Origin: Chiloscyllium plagiosum
Lineage: Eukaryota
Length of the DNA: 64,000 nt
Assembly (NCBI RefSeq): GCF_004010195.1
Contig: NC_057718.1
Location: forward strand, 56,056,603 to 56,120,602
Direction of reading: 5' to 3'
Positions 38,151 to 49,894 of the stretch are shown one piece after another. Each line of letters starts with the position of its first letter. Within the stretch, counting starts at the first letter, position 1. The notes below the pieces were generated by a model. The model was not told the DNA's origin. It made no database searches and worked only from the letters and a program-made list of their open reading frames with translations. Position numbers and translations under genes: made by a program.

Positions 38151-40102
38151 ATGTATTCTTCTGTATTGCTAGTTTTGCTACTGATACACTGCGTGCCTCT
38201 ACACTTGCCTCCAGTAAGGTCACGGATTGGGTTACCAAGGGAGATTATTAGCATTATGATATCCGGCCAAGCCTATGTCTACTTCTCTCCAACCTGGAGA
38301 GAAGGGAGGGTCAAGATTTGCAGGCAGGGTAAACATAACCAGATCCATCATTTGTGCAGAAGAGACATTCTCACTTGTACCAATGCGCAAGGGAACCCAT
38401 TTGGAATATGGAAGGTTACTAAAATTGATTACTATAATGGATTGTTTATCCAAACAGATCACAAGTTGGTCCTGGACCAAAGGAATCTGTGGCAACTCCA
38501 GTGTTGGTACTGGGGCTGCAAGTTTGACTTTACCTGCAGGAGGGACCCCCTGGAAGGGAGAGACCATCACCTATTGTACGATGGGAAGTGCTTTAAAGTA
38601 GGCTCTGGAAAATAAGCCCTCCCCGATAAAGAGCAACCGGTATTGACCGTTCAGGAATACACAGCCGACAATTATTTCTACCAGGTCTACCAATGGCTAA
38701 ACGGTGATGGCACGGTTGCTTGCTTCTCTTGGCCCACTGGAGTGAACTCACTTCTCCATTTTCCTTCAGTGGAACCATAGCCTACACTACCAGTGTGCTC
38801 TGGCCCGTAATAGTTTACCACGGTCCCAAAAAATAACTCTTCAGTACGAACCTGCACAGGCCCTGTGGCAGACTACATATATCTTCCCCAGCCTTCTGAC
38901 CACATGGACAGAGATTGGCTGAAGGGGGACATATGGTGGGAAGGCACAAGAGGGAAACTGCCCAGTAACAACCTGGGATAAGAGAGAGACTGCACTGGTC
39001 ATGGGTGGGGATGTTCAGAAGTGTTCATTTGCGATGAAAAAACCTCTTGCCTTTACTATTCCTGCCACATTCATGAGTTTGACCCACCCAGGACATGCAA
39101 CGTGTTAACGGTCATTGTGAGAGGTCCGACTATGTACCCTTTAAATGAGGGGAACCACCCCTATGTGGTAAAGTCTACCTTACCCACCTCACAGTGGATG
39201 TCAGTGTCTTTGTGCTTCCTCAAAACAGAGGAGTTAAGGAGGTCTCGTGTCCCAAGATGCTACATTTGCCTGGATTATTCACAATTACTCTCACGATAAA
39301 GGCTGTTCTGAAAGTCTTTTGGCAGACCCAGGATTTTCTTCTTCTTTAACAGTACGGCCACAAACTTCCTAGAGTCCCCTTACCCTCACTCGGTGGCACT
39401 TGGCACCCTACACCCCAGGACAGTACTCAATCCAGGGCATTGAGGACCATTCCGCATGATGTCTCCGAGGAGTTTTGCGCTGCCTATAACAGACCTTCCC
39501 ACCTTTACTGCTAGACAGGCAGCTGGTTACAGTGCAGCAGGCTTATTCTCCCTAGGGGCCAACATGGCCACCCATGACCATAACTATCTTGCAAGCAGAC
39601 TTACCATGCGTGGCAACGTTATCTGCAGAGCACTCAAGGTCATCACCCAGAACCTGAACCAACTCAGATTTTTCTCTACACAAAATTGCTATGCATTTGA
39701 TTACTTCCTCGCCCATCAGGGTGGCGTTTGCCCTATAGTGCAAGACAAATGTATCATGGGCCTGGATGACATCACTGCTAATGTTACCCATTATGTCCAC
39801 AAGACAGATGAACAAGATAGGGTCTATAAAGGAGGGCAAGTGATGGGCCGGATGGGGAGACTGGGGGCTCGGAGGATAGAAGGACTGGCTAGTCAACATG
39901 GCTATTTACGCAGGGGTGATTTACAATAGGAATATTCCTGGGAATAGCTGTTCAGAAATGTATCTTACAACAAATGATAGACTCTACGCAGGGAATACTT
40001 CCAACAGGACAGGCTTTGGTGACCCAATACCCAGCAGTTGAGGATTCAAATGGCAACACAGCACTGAGGTCAGCCCCTATGCTATCAGTTATCATGAAAT
40101 AA
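38151..40102 (+). pseudogene. env: Retroviral env pseudogene (about 650 codons: signal peptide, SU, TM, cytoplasmic tail)
   Basis: MYSSVLLVLLLIHC signal peptide; SU end FNSTATNFL..VALGTLHP; ISD QNCYAFDYFLAHQGGVC-x6-C; Trp-rich membrane-proximal segment; hydrophobic anchor; tail with YPAV; TAA at 40100-40102; several stops and frameshifts. Confidence 0.9.
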
Positions 40103-40113
40103 TAAGGAGGGAA
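40101..40113 (+). promoter_or_regulatory. Polypurine tract
   Basis: AATAAGGAGGGAA immediately before the TG of the 3' LTR. Confidence 0.8.
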
Positions 40114-40541
40114 TGAGAATGTGTACAAGGTATGAGCAGGTAGAGAAAGTGTTAAGTTTTGGGTTACATGACAAAAGGCTCAGCTAGCATGATTTTGACC
40201 AGATAAGAATTTGTAGTAAACACTGAGTTGCTGAAGGCAGGGGTAGTGGTTTAACGAGGTGAGGAACATCCATCATGTAATACCAGATGACTTAATCTTT
40301 ACTGTTGATACTCACTGATTGTAACAGTCACCCAATCAATATAGATGTTGTCTTATTTGGATGTTGCTCCCTGTAAGTGACTAAATAATTCCTTAAGAAT
40401 CTGCTGTTCAAGGGAAGATCAGAGCTAATATCTTTGTGTACATGACGATCGTTCTCTCTCTAGGGCTCAGAATAAAGGTAGAGTCATACTGTGTCTGAGT
40501 GTTTGCTTTGACTGATACGGGGATTTGGAAACAGGACAATA
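40114..40541 (+). repeat. ERV 3' LTR (about 428 bp)
   Basis: TGAGAATGTGTACAAGG...GGACAATA; AATAAA at 40471-40476. Confidence 0.9.
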
Positions 40542-40784
40542 TCAACAGACTTTAATACTCAGACTGCTGGCCCCAGATGGGTAGAAAATTTCTAGCAACT
40601 CATCACTATTGTCAAGGCCACCAATTGAATCAGAATTAGGTTTATCGTCATATATTCTCACATGAGTGCACTGAATAGTTTATAAAGTCACCACAGGGCG
40701 CCATCTTTAGTACAAAAGTATCTAAGTTTGTTTTCACCATCACCTGCTCTCACCAGGAATAGTTTGTCAGCTCTGAACAAACTA

Positions 40785-40815
<31 letters not shown>

Positions 40816-42355
40816 ATCTGGTGACTTTAGTGGTGGAAAGAAATCACCATCCAACATAGTCTGCAACACTTTAAACAAAAAAAAAGTAAAAATGCATTTA
40901 TATATTTATTTATTTTACAAAATCAAATAGGCATCACTTTCAGTTTCAACTGAGTATGTACCAACTCCACTGTTCCATTAATTCAAATAACTCTCCTCCT
41001 AGCATCCATCATTCAAACTGTTGGCTATCAGCCAAGCAGTCTTATGCATGAGACTCAATTTCCTCCAGTTAAGATAAACTAAAGTCAACAACTTCTACTG
41101 CCATGACAAAATTCTGTACCTGTGCCATTATTTCCATCTTCTTAGCCAGCCAAAGAAACTGAAACAGTGTTCAGTATTGCAACTAATCTTTCTTTTTAAA
41201 CCAGTTTTATATTTTTAGATGCATTTCATACTGCCCATTTTTAGTGACAGAAAGTCAGAACTGAATGACCCATCTGACTCAGACTAACAATTGAAACATA
41301 CCTGAAAGTGACTTTCCAAAACTGATAGCATACCTGTGGCAATGACCCTCATAACTACTGAACTTCATGGGTATTCACAGCTTTTTAAAACATCTGTGCA
41401 TCCTTGTAACTGTCCCAATAGAAAGTGGCAAGCCACATTATTCAACCACTGTAGTTCACATGGCTTGCTGCACCCACAATGTTAGTAAGAGAATTCCAGT
41501 TTTTGATCTAGCAACAGGATGGCACGTAACTTAGAGCAAACCTTGCAAAATGGGGATGCTCCCAAGTCTTTTTGACAGTTTCAGCCTGTTCTGTCATTCA
41601 ATAAGATTATGGAAGAATGTGAGGAAATGTCTTTCATAATAAGACAATTAAAAGTAATAGGCAAAAGCATTACGAGAAAAGGCACTTTTACACTCAGCAT
41701 GTTGTCATGGTCTGGAATGTCCTGTGGTAGAAGATTCAATTGATTGATTGAAAAAGGGAATTGGACTATTATTTGAAAAAGAAACATGCAGGCTCAGAGA
41801 GGAAAGTCAGGAAAATGGCATTGAGAAGTGTAGTCATTCAGAAAGCCAGTGCAATCAGAATGGACTGAACAGCCTTCTTCTGTGATGTAATAATTGTGAT
41901 TTTACATTCCTGTAAGCTCACCATAAATCTCAAGGCACCTATCAAAAATCTCTCAGCCCTGATCTTCTAAATTTTAAAGATGCTCTCAAAGGAGGGTTGG
42001 CAAATTGCTGCAGTGCATCTTGTAGATGGCACACATTACTGCTAGTTTACCAGTGGAAGGGGGCATAAATGTTCAAGATTCAAATCTTGTATCAATCAAG
42101 AGGACTGTTTTGTTCTGGTTAACCATGAGTTTTAAGTGCAACTGGATATGCTTTCATCCACGCAAACGAGTATCCCAACACAATCCTGATTTGCTCACCA
42201 CAGCTTTTCCAACCTCTGACCTCTTGTTGCTTCAGCACTTAAGTGTCTGGTTCAGTTAAGTTTCCAGTCAAAGTCAACCTCTGGCATCCACGGTCACACT
42301 TTCCCATGTGTTTTTCCCAAAGTTTGTGGTTACCCCCTCCTTGGCATTAATCTTT

Positions 42356-42648
42356 GGGCAGCACGCTGGCTCAGTGGTTAGCACTGCTACCTCAGAGCAC
42401 CAAGGTCCCAGGTTCAATTCCAGCCTTGGGTGACTGTCTCTGGAGTTTGCACATTCTTCCCCATGTCTGCATGGATTTCCTCCCACAGTCCAAAGATGTC
42501 CAGTTCAGGTGAATTGGCTGTGAATTGCCCATAGTGTTAGGTGCATTAGTCAGAGGGAAAAGGGTCTGGGTGAGTTACTCTTCGGAGGGTCGGTGTGGAG
42601 TTGTTGGGCCGAGGGGCCTGTTTCCACAGTGTAGGGAATCTAATCTAA
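42356..42648 (+). mobile_element. HE1-type V-SINE
   Basis: tRNA head, V-domain and TAATCTAA tail. Confidence 0.85.
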
Positions 42649-43539
42649 TTGCATCTCACAATTCTACAGCTGATAAAGCAATGCTTAGGTTTAAATAGAA
42701 TTTTTTTTCCAACTTGGCCTCAGTCTACGGTAGACTTAAAAAAAAATCACAAAGGCAAACAAACAGTCTGCTGCCTTAAAAGAGTCAATCTCTTCAAGAG
42801 TTCATTTTTGACAACAAAGCTGACTCAGACTTGCAGTCTTTCCACAATTTTAAGCAGGGAACTACAATTGCTGATCACTTCTTGATTCATTGTTATCAAT
42901 TACTATCCTCATATTCAAAGATCCATCATTGTTTTTGTCAACCAATGATTGATAGTCTATTGAACGAGATATGAACATTATCAGGCAGGCTTGGAGTAAA
43001 TGTGGCTACATTTTACAGCACATTTTCTCACTATTTCCCCTAATGGGTGAGCACAAGAAATGTGAAAAGACTGCACAGTAAAAGCTACAAAACACCCAAC
43101 TTACCCTCTGCCTCAATTAAAGAATGAAATAGTTAAAAGGGTAACTGCACTCATGTCAGGTTGCAACTACAACTGATAATTGACACATCCAAAGCCTATA
43201 GAAGCATGGACTTAACTTGAACACAAGACCAAAGACAGGACTTCATCTCCATTAGGACTGCACACTGGTCACTCCTAACAATAGTCTGATGGACAAATAC
43301 ACCTGCCATGTAGATAAGCGAAGACAACGTCAAGTAGGTTTTAACAACTTGATTTTCTCATGGCCTAGTGAGGAAAATATGCCCTTAGAACCTGGCCAGC
43401 TCACTCAGGAGTGGTGTTACTGAATTGCTTGGCGTTGGTACCCCATTCAGACCTTGTGAACCCAAGCTTTCAGTGTTTCTTTCAAGCAGGGTTCAACACA
43501 GGTGAAGAGTCTGCACAGTACAAGCACTCAGATAACCAT

Positions 43540-44070
43540 CATAGAATCCCTATAGGGTGGAAGCAGGCCATTTGGCTCAGCTTGTCCACAGAGACCCTCT
43601 GAAGGAGTCCAAAGATGTGCAGGTCAGGTGAATTGGCCATGCTAAATTGTCCATAGTGTTACGTAAGGGGTAAATGTAGGGGTATGGGTGGGTTGCGCTT
43701 CGGCGGGTCGGTGTGGACTTGTTGGGCCGAAGGGCCTGTTTCCACTCTGTAATGTAATCTAATCTAATCTGTAATCTGAGTATCCCAGCCAGACTCAACG
43801 CCCTACCCAATCCCTGTAACCCTACATTTACAAAGGCTAACCCACTTAGCCAGCCTACACATCCCTGGATACTACGGACAATTTAGCATGGCCAATCCAC
43901 CTAATCTACACATATTTGAACCGTGGGAGGAAATTGGAACAACTGAAGGAAATCCACGCAGCCAGGGAGAACATGCAAACTCCACACTGACAGTTGCCCT
44001 AGGCTGGAATCAAACCTGGGTCCCTGGTCCTGTGAAGTAGCAACATTAACCAGAGCCACCGTGCCACCCT
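43540..44070 (-). mobile_element. Older minus-strand V-SINE with a younger plus-strand HE1 3' half (about 43606-43770) inserted in it
   Basis: Minus-strand head at about 44070 (plus strand reads GCCACCGTGCCACCC); plus-strand segment ends in (TAATC)n. Confidence 0.75.
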
Positions 44071-45877
44071 GCAGTGCCGGATAATCTGCAAGTTTCCTTG
44101 CTCATCTTGACATAAGGCCACAAAACCTTGGAGCTGCAGTCAAAATGAAGAACTCCCAGGGGTTGCATTAAAAGGACTCTGGGATATAGATATACTCACT
44201 AACTGACTCATTTTACTGTCAATGTTACGTCATTGCTTAGTCTGTGGAACAGCTTTCCCAATTTTGCAGTTTCTTCAAACACTACCAAGCAAACATTAGA
44301 CTGTTAATGAGTGGTCCATTAAGTTTTATTCTTAAATCAATTTTTCTGCACCTCTCGATCAACTCAGTGGTTTGATAGGTCATCTTAGAGGGTATTTAAG
44401 AACCAACTATATTTCTAGAGATACATATCAGCCATATCAGGTAAAACAGCAAATTTGTTCCTTAAAAAGACATTTGTGAATGAGATGGAATCTTAATAAC
44501 CATCTATTAGCCTCATGGTTGAGACTAGCTTTTATGTTTTCAATTGCACATCTCTCAATTGTTAGTTCAGGCCTTGAGATTACTAGGCTGCGATGCACTC
44601 AATTACCCAAACCACTTCAAAAAAGAATTATTCACAAAAATTCATATAAAAGAGACTGTAAATCTATTAACAGCCAAAAGGTCACTTAACTCAAACATAC
44701 CTCTGTTAAGACACTAAAAAGCATGCAGTCTTGAAAAGAGATTAACTCTATCATTTCATTTTTTTTTGAGATCCGCCTACATAGTAAACCTAGCCCAAGG
44801 CCTGCTTGCCTTTATTGCCCACCATGTATTTATTCTGACCCATTAGTATTTTTATCAATGAAAATAGTGTTGATCTTCAATTACCCGCTCTTTTGTTTTA
44901 ATGGATTTCTTAGCTCAAGCCTGATTACTTTTCTCCTTTTAGACAGATCATGCTTAATACTCTAGTTAATGTTCTATTTTTATAAAAGCACCCGAGTGGC
45001 AATTTCAATTCACTTGCCTATAACTTGATTACAATTGTTAATAAAGATATTCATTTTATATTAAAAATAGTACAGGTCAGATACTGTACAAATCTAAAAT
45101 GTTGCATTTAATAACTACATTCTGTAGGTTAAGACTTGAAACCACCAAAACAATGTCTTTTTTAAAAAACATGATCAACAATGAGATTTCAAATTTCTGA
45201 AATACAGCTTTAGGACAACAGTTAAGCTACTTATTGTTTTACCTTTTTGCTATGTACCTACAAATAATCAATTTAAAAACATTAGACTCATTACTTGTAT
45301 TTTGGGTGTGAATATAAGAAAGCTGCATTTTTCAGAAGACCTTAATTCTTCAGTTCAGAAGCAGTTAAAGATTTACAATACTGTCAAGTCAGTTGCAGTA
45401 ATAATCCCAAATTAAAGGCTTGATTTTTAGTATGCATGACTCAATCTGTTCAAAGCTGTGCAACAGTGCAAACTGGAATAGACCATATAAAATACTGCAA
45501 TGTTTGGTATGCAACTACTGGCATCTGCTATGCCTAAAAATAGTATCAATAAGCTGCAACAAGCATGCCGATCTCATCCAATTACCAACCCTCCACCTTT
45601 AACCAATCTCTTATCTGAAACCACTTTACAGCTTTTAAAACAAGAATGTTTAATACTGAAGTACTCCCGTACTGAAAATACTCATTACTTTTTATATAAA
45701 TCTTCCAGTATGTACACAATCTGACCTTATTTGTCCTTCTGCCCAAAATAGTGAATTGCAATTCAGACACCAATTTTCAAAACCAAATTAAAGCAGAGAT
45801 GACACATTCTGCTGAAATAAAACCAGGGAAAAAGATTTCAACTGAAGCATATGAAAATAATTTAAAGAATTACAAAC

Positions 45878-45893
45878 CCATTTTGGCATCCAT
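45878..45893 (-). CDS. RTN4: Candidate alternative first coding exon of a short RTN4 isoform: MDAKM(V)
   Basis: caagATGG Kozak context; ATG GAT GCC AAA ATG G|gtttgt; the phase-1 G joins the TG of the 34752 acceptor to give GTG in frame; lies in TE-poor sequence. Confidence 0.7.
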
Positions 45894-47269
45894 CTTGAAG
45901 CTGTTCACATGCACTGAGCTCCGGCACAGCTGATTACAACCTTTTACTTCCTGCTAGGTCATACAGAGGTTAAATTGCATACGTAGTTGTCTGCTGTGTC
46001 ACTGCACAAATAGCAGATCCAGTCTTTGTGCACTATTTGACTGCGCAACTGAAATCAACTACAAATCAATGACCAACTGTTAGGAGCTTGTGGAACATAA
46101 TGAAATTCTCTGCCCTGTCTATAAAGTCATATACCTGCGAATTGAGATTTTAGTAATATCCGTATTTCCAACATACTTGCTACAAGCAAAATTAAGAAAT
46201 ATGATGATTTGTATTTATTAAAAGGACAAAAAGTGATCAGATGAAAGACAACTACCGAACCAGATTTCTGAGCTGATGGATTCAATTCAATGCAAGAGCA
46301 CACAATACAGCACAGAGGGAAAAAAATCAACAGGAAGAAATAGACAAAGGAAAAATTCACCAATAGGAAGACGCAACTTTAACTGAAAGAAGATTTTAAA
46401 CAGTAAATATCCTTATTCTTCCAGTTGCTACCCAAACGCTCCATTCCCCACCACAAAAGCAATTCAACCTACAGCTGCTGTTATCAATTACAAATTCCAG
46501 TCTAAAGACAGAAATTGAGGGGCTTCAAATTCACAGACACTGGAGGCAACTGCATAGACTTTTAACAGAAGGTCTGAAGTCCAACATGGTTAACTGCAAA
46601 GACAAAGATTGCGACAAGGAATGAAGTCACCGGACAGCTTTAAATTGGTTGTAATATGTAATCTACCGAAGTAGTTGAGCTATAAATCTGTTGATCAATT
46701 CAAACTTCTTACACTCAGGACTTTAATTTCTCATACAACAAGATTTTATGAATTCCAAAAGACAAGAGACATATGATCAATGCACTTCTACTTCCTAGCT
46801 TCCAGCTCATAGAAAATATTTATATAAATATTAAAACTTCCAAAGGTGAAAATGCTTTTAGCATTCAAATTTATATAGAATTACATTAATTTATAAAACC
46901 ACACATTTGTCTAATTAGTCTGTTATATACTTTACAGGGGGAGGGGGAGAAGAAAGTGTTCTCCTTTCCCATCTACCTAACTTACTGTGTCTCCTATTCC
47001 CCATCACTTGTTGTGGACTACTCAAGCAACCGGATTTTAAAATTCTCACCCTCATTTTCAGTTATCTCCATTGCGTTCTCCTGTGTATCTTTGTAATCTC
47101 CTCTGGACAGGTTGCACTGGTTTCCTTGAAGGAAAGTGGGGGGTGATTTAGCATTAGCGTGTCAAGAGGGTGGGAACCAGAGCAGTGGGTCAGCATGTGG
47201 AGTGATTGAGGAGAAGGCAGAGGCAGGGCCAGGTCATCGAACATGGTGGGACTCATGGTCTGAAGTGAA

Positions 47270-49050
47270 ATGTATTTATTGTAATTCAAGATGATTGCTA
47301 GGTAATGCAGATATGTTTACAGCTGGAATTAATATTTGGGAATTACTTTGTAATCATTACAGAAACTTGCTTGAAAAGGACAGTTCAACCCAGAGTGGTG
47401 TCTTTGGTCAGGGATAACTTTATGGCTGTACTCAAGGAGGATATTCCTGGGAGATTGGCCAGTGAAGTTATATGGATGGAACTGAGAAATAAGAAAGGGA
47501 TGATCACGGTATTGGGATTGTATTACAGGACCCCTTATTAGTCAGCAGAAAACTGAGAAGCAAATATGAAAAGAGATCTTTCATATCTGAAAGAATAACG
47601 GTTATAATGTTAGGGAATTTTAACTTTCCAAACAGACTGGGACCATTATATCGTTAAGGGGTTTGATGGAGAGGATTTTTTTTTTGAAAGTGTGTAAAAG
47701 AAAACTTTCTTATTCAATGAAGCTGGAGATGGAGCACTGGCAGGGCCAGTGACTGAAATGTCAGTGGGAGAGCAAGTTGGAGCAAGTAATCATGAGGAAA
47801 AGGACAGAACAACTCAAAAAGTTAAAGTTTAAACTGCAGGAAGGCCAAATTTGATATTAGGAATTTGCAACAGTTGACATGGGGAGGCTATTCACAGATA
47901 ATGATATGGTTGGGAAGTAGGAGGCCTTTCAAAATGAGATAAAGAGTTCAGAGACAGGATGTTCCTGTTAGCATGAAGGGCAAGAGTGGTAGGCACTGGA
48001 TGACTACAGAAATCGAGGCTGTGATCAAGAGAAAGGAGGAGGTATATACATCAGGTCTAGAGAGCTGGGATCAAGTGAACCCCTAGAGGACTATAAGGGC
48101 CATAGAGTATACTTGAGAGGGAAATCAGGAGGACAAAAACAGGATATAAGATAATGTTGGCAAATAGAGTTAAGAAGAATTCAAAGAGATTCTACAAGTA
48201 CATTAGGGGCTTGAGAGTAACTAGGAAGAGGATAAGGATCCTTAAAAGATCTACACGGCTGTGTAGGTGTGGTACCACAGGAGATGGGAGAGTTATTAAA
48301 TTAATATTGTGTCAGTATTTCCTGTGGAGGAGGACATAGAAGCTATGGAACTTGGGGAATTAAATAGTGATGTCTTGAAGAGCGTTCATGTTACAGAAGA
48401 GATTATGCTGGGGGTCTTAAAATGCATCATTAGATAAATCCCAGGACCTGTTCAAGTGTTTCACAGAATTTGTGGGAAGTTAGGGAAGAGACTGCCGGGC
48501 CCATTGAGATATTTTTTATCATCGACAATCACAAGTAGTGTGCTGGAAGACTGGAGGGTGGCTAATGAGGTGCCATTATTAAAGTAAGGTTGTAAGGAAA
48601 GGCTAGGGGACTACAGACCAGACAGCCTTATGTAGGTGGTGGGTAGGTTGCTGCAGTGGATTTCGAGGGACAGGAGCTACATGTATTTGGGAAGGTAAGG
48701 ACTGATTAGGGATTGTCAACATGCCTTTGGAGAGTGGGAAATCATGTCTCACAAACTTGATTGAGTTTTTTGAAGATTGAAGGCAGAGAAATAGATATTG
48801 TCTATACAGACTTCAGCAAGGTGTTCAACAAGGTTCCGCATGGTAGACTGGTTAGTAAGGTTAGATCACATGGCATCCAGGGAGACCTAGTCAACTGGAT
48901 GCAAAGGCAGGAGACAGAGCAGTGTACCAGTGGGTTGCTTTATGGACTGGACCAGCATTTTGGCGTAAGGATCACAGAGTTTGCAAATTACACTTAAAAT
49001 AGGTATAGAGGAGAGTGAAGAAGATTACCCCAGAGTACAATGGGGCCTTG
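47270..49050 (+). mobile_element. Old CR1 LINE ORF2; probably resumes at about 53815-53880
   Basis: EVIWMELRNKKG..GLYYR, DFSKVFNKVPHGRL; distal piece PGLEYINYKESLDK. Confidence 0.75.
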
Positions 49051-49894
49051 ATCAGACACAGAAATTAACATTGACATTGCAATGGTCAACTCAAAAGTCT
49101 GATAACAGCAGAGAAGTTGTACATGTATACAAACTTTTACATCTTCTGCCCATCAGAAGAGGGTGGAAGACAGTAAACTGGAGTGGAAGGAGTTTTGGTT
49201 ATGTTGGTTGCTTTCCCAATACAGTGCGAAATATGGATGAACTCAAAGGATGGGAGGATGGTTTGCATGATGCATTGAGCAGTGTTCATAACCTTCTGTA
49301 TTTTCTTTCAGCCTTGAAAACAGCAGTTGCTGTACAACGCTGTGCTGCGTCCAGCTAGAATGCTACCAATGGCGCATCTATAAAATTTCTAGAAGTCTTT
49401 ATGGACATGCTGAATTTCCTTAGCTTCCTGAGGAAGTAGACTTCCTTAACTATGGTGTCAATGTGGGTAGACCAGGAGAGATTGTTGGTGATCATTCCTC
49501 CTAGGAGCTGACACTGTCAACCATCTCCACCTCAGCCCCAGTGATACAAACAGGTGTGTCTTCCACTCCACTTTCTGAAGTCAATGACCAGCTCCTTTGC
49601 TTTACTGATAATAACAGAGATTGCTTAACAGCATGGTGTAAAGTCAACAATATCTTTCCTGTACTCCATCGCATCACAGAGATCTAACCTACAAGGGTAG
49701 CATCATCACCAAACATTTAACTGGAGTTGGTGTGGACTTTGGCCACAGATTTGTGTATATATAAGCAGTATAGCAGGGAGTTGTGTACGCAACCTTGTGG
49801 GGCATTGGTGTTAAGGATTATCATGGGAGGTGGTGCTGGTGCCTACCCTTACTGACTGCAGTCTGTTGACCTGGAAGTTGAGAACCCAATTACT

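Larger units (their letters stand above)
36230..40541 (+). mobile_element. Internally deleted endogenous retrovirus (LTR-PBS-gag stub-env-PPT-LTR), antisense within the RTN4 intron
   Basis: Paired direct LTRs, PBS, splice donor, MGQ-start gag, env with ISD, PPT; flanks tcac and tcaa (imperfect TSD). Confidence 0.9.

Noticed and set aside
38151..40102. env as an intact, domesticated syncytin-like gene or a filovirus endogenous element
   Set aside because: Multiple stops and frameshifts rule out an intact gene, and the LTR/PBS/gag/PPT context shows a retroviral rather than filoviral origin
40790..40815. (AGAC)n tract, and (GAGT)n near 60236-60268
   Set aside because: Ordinary short microsatellites with no further structure
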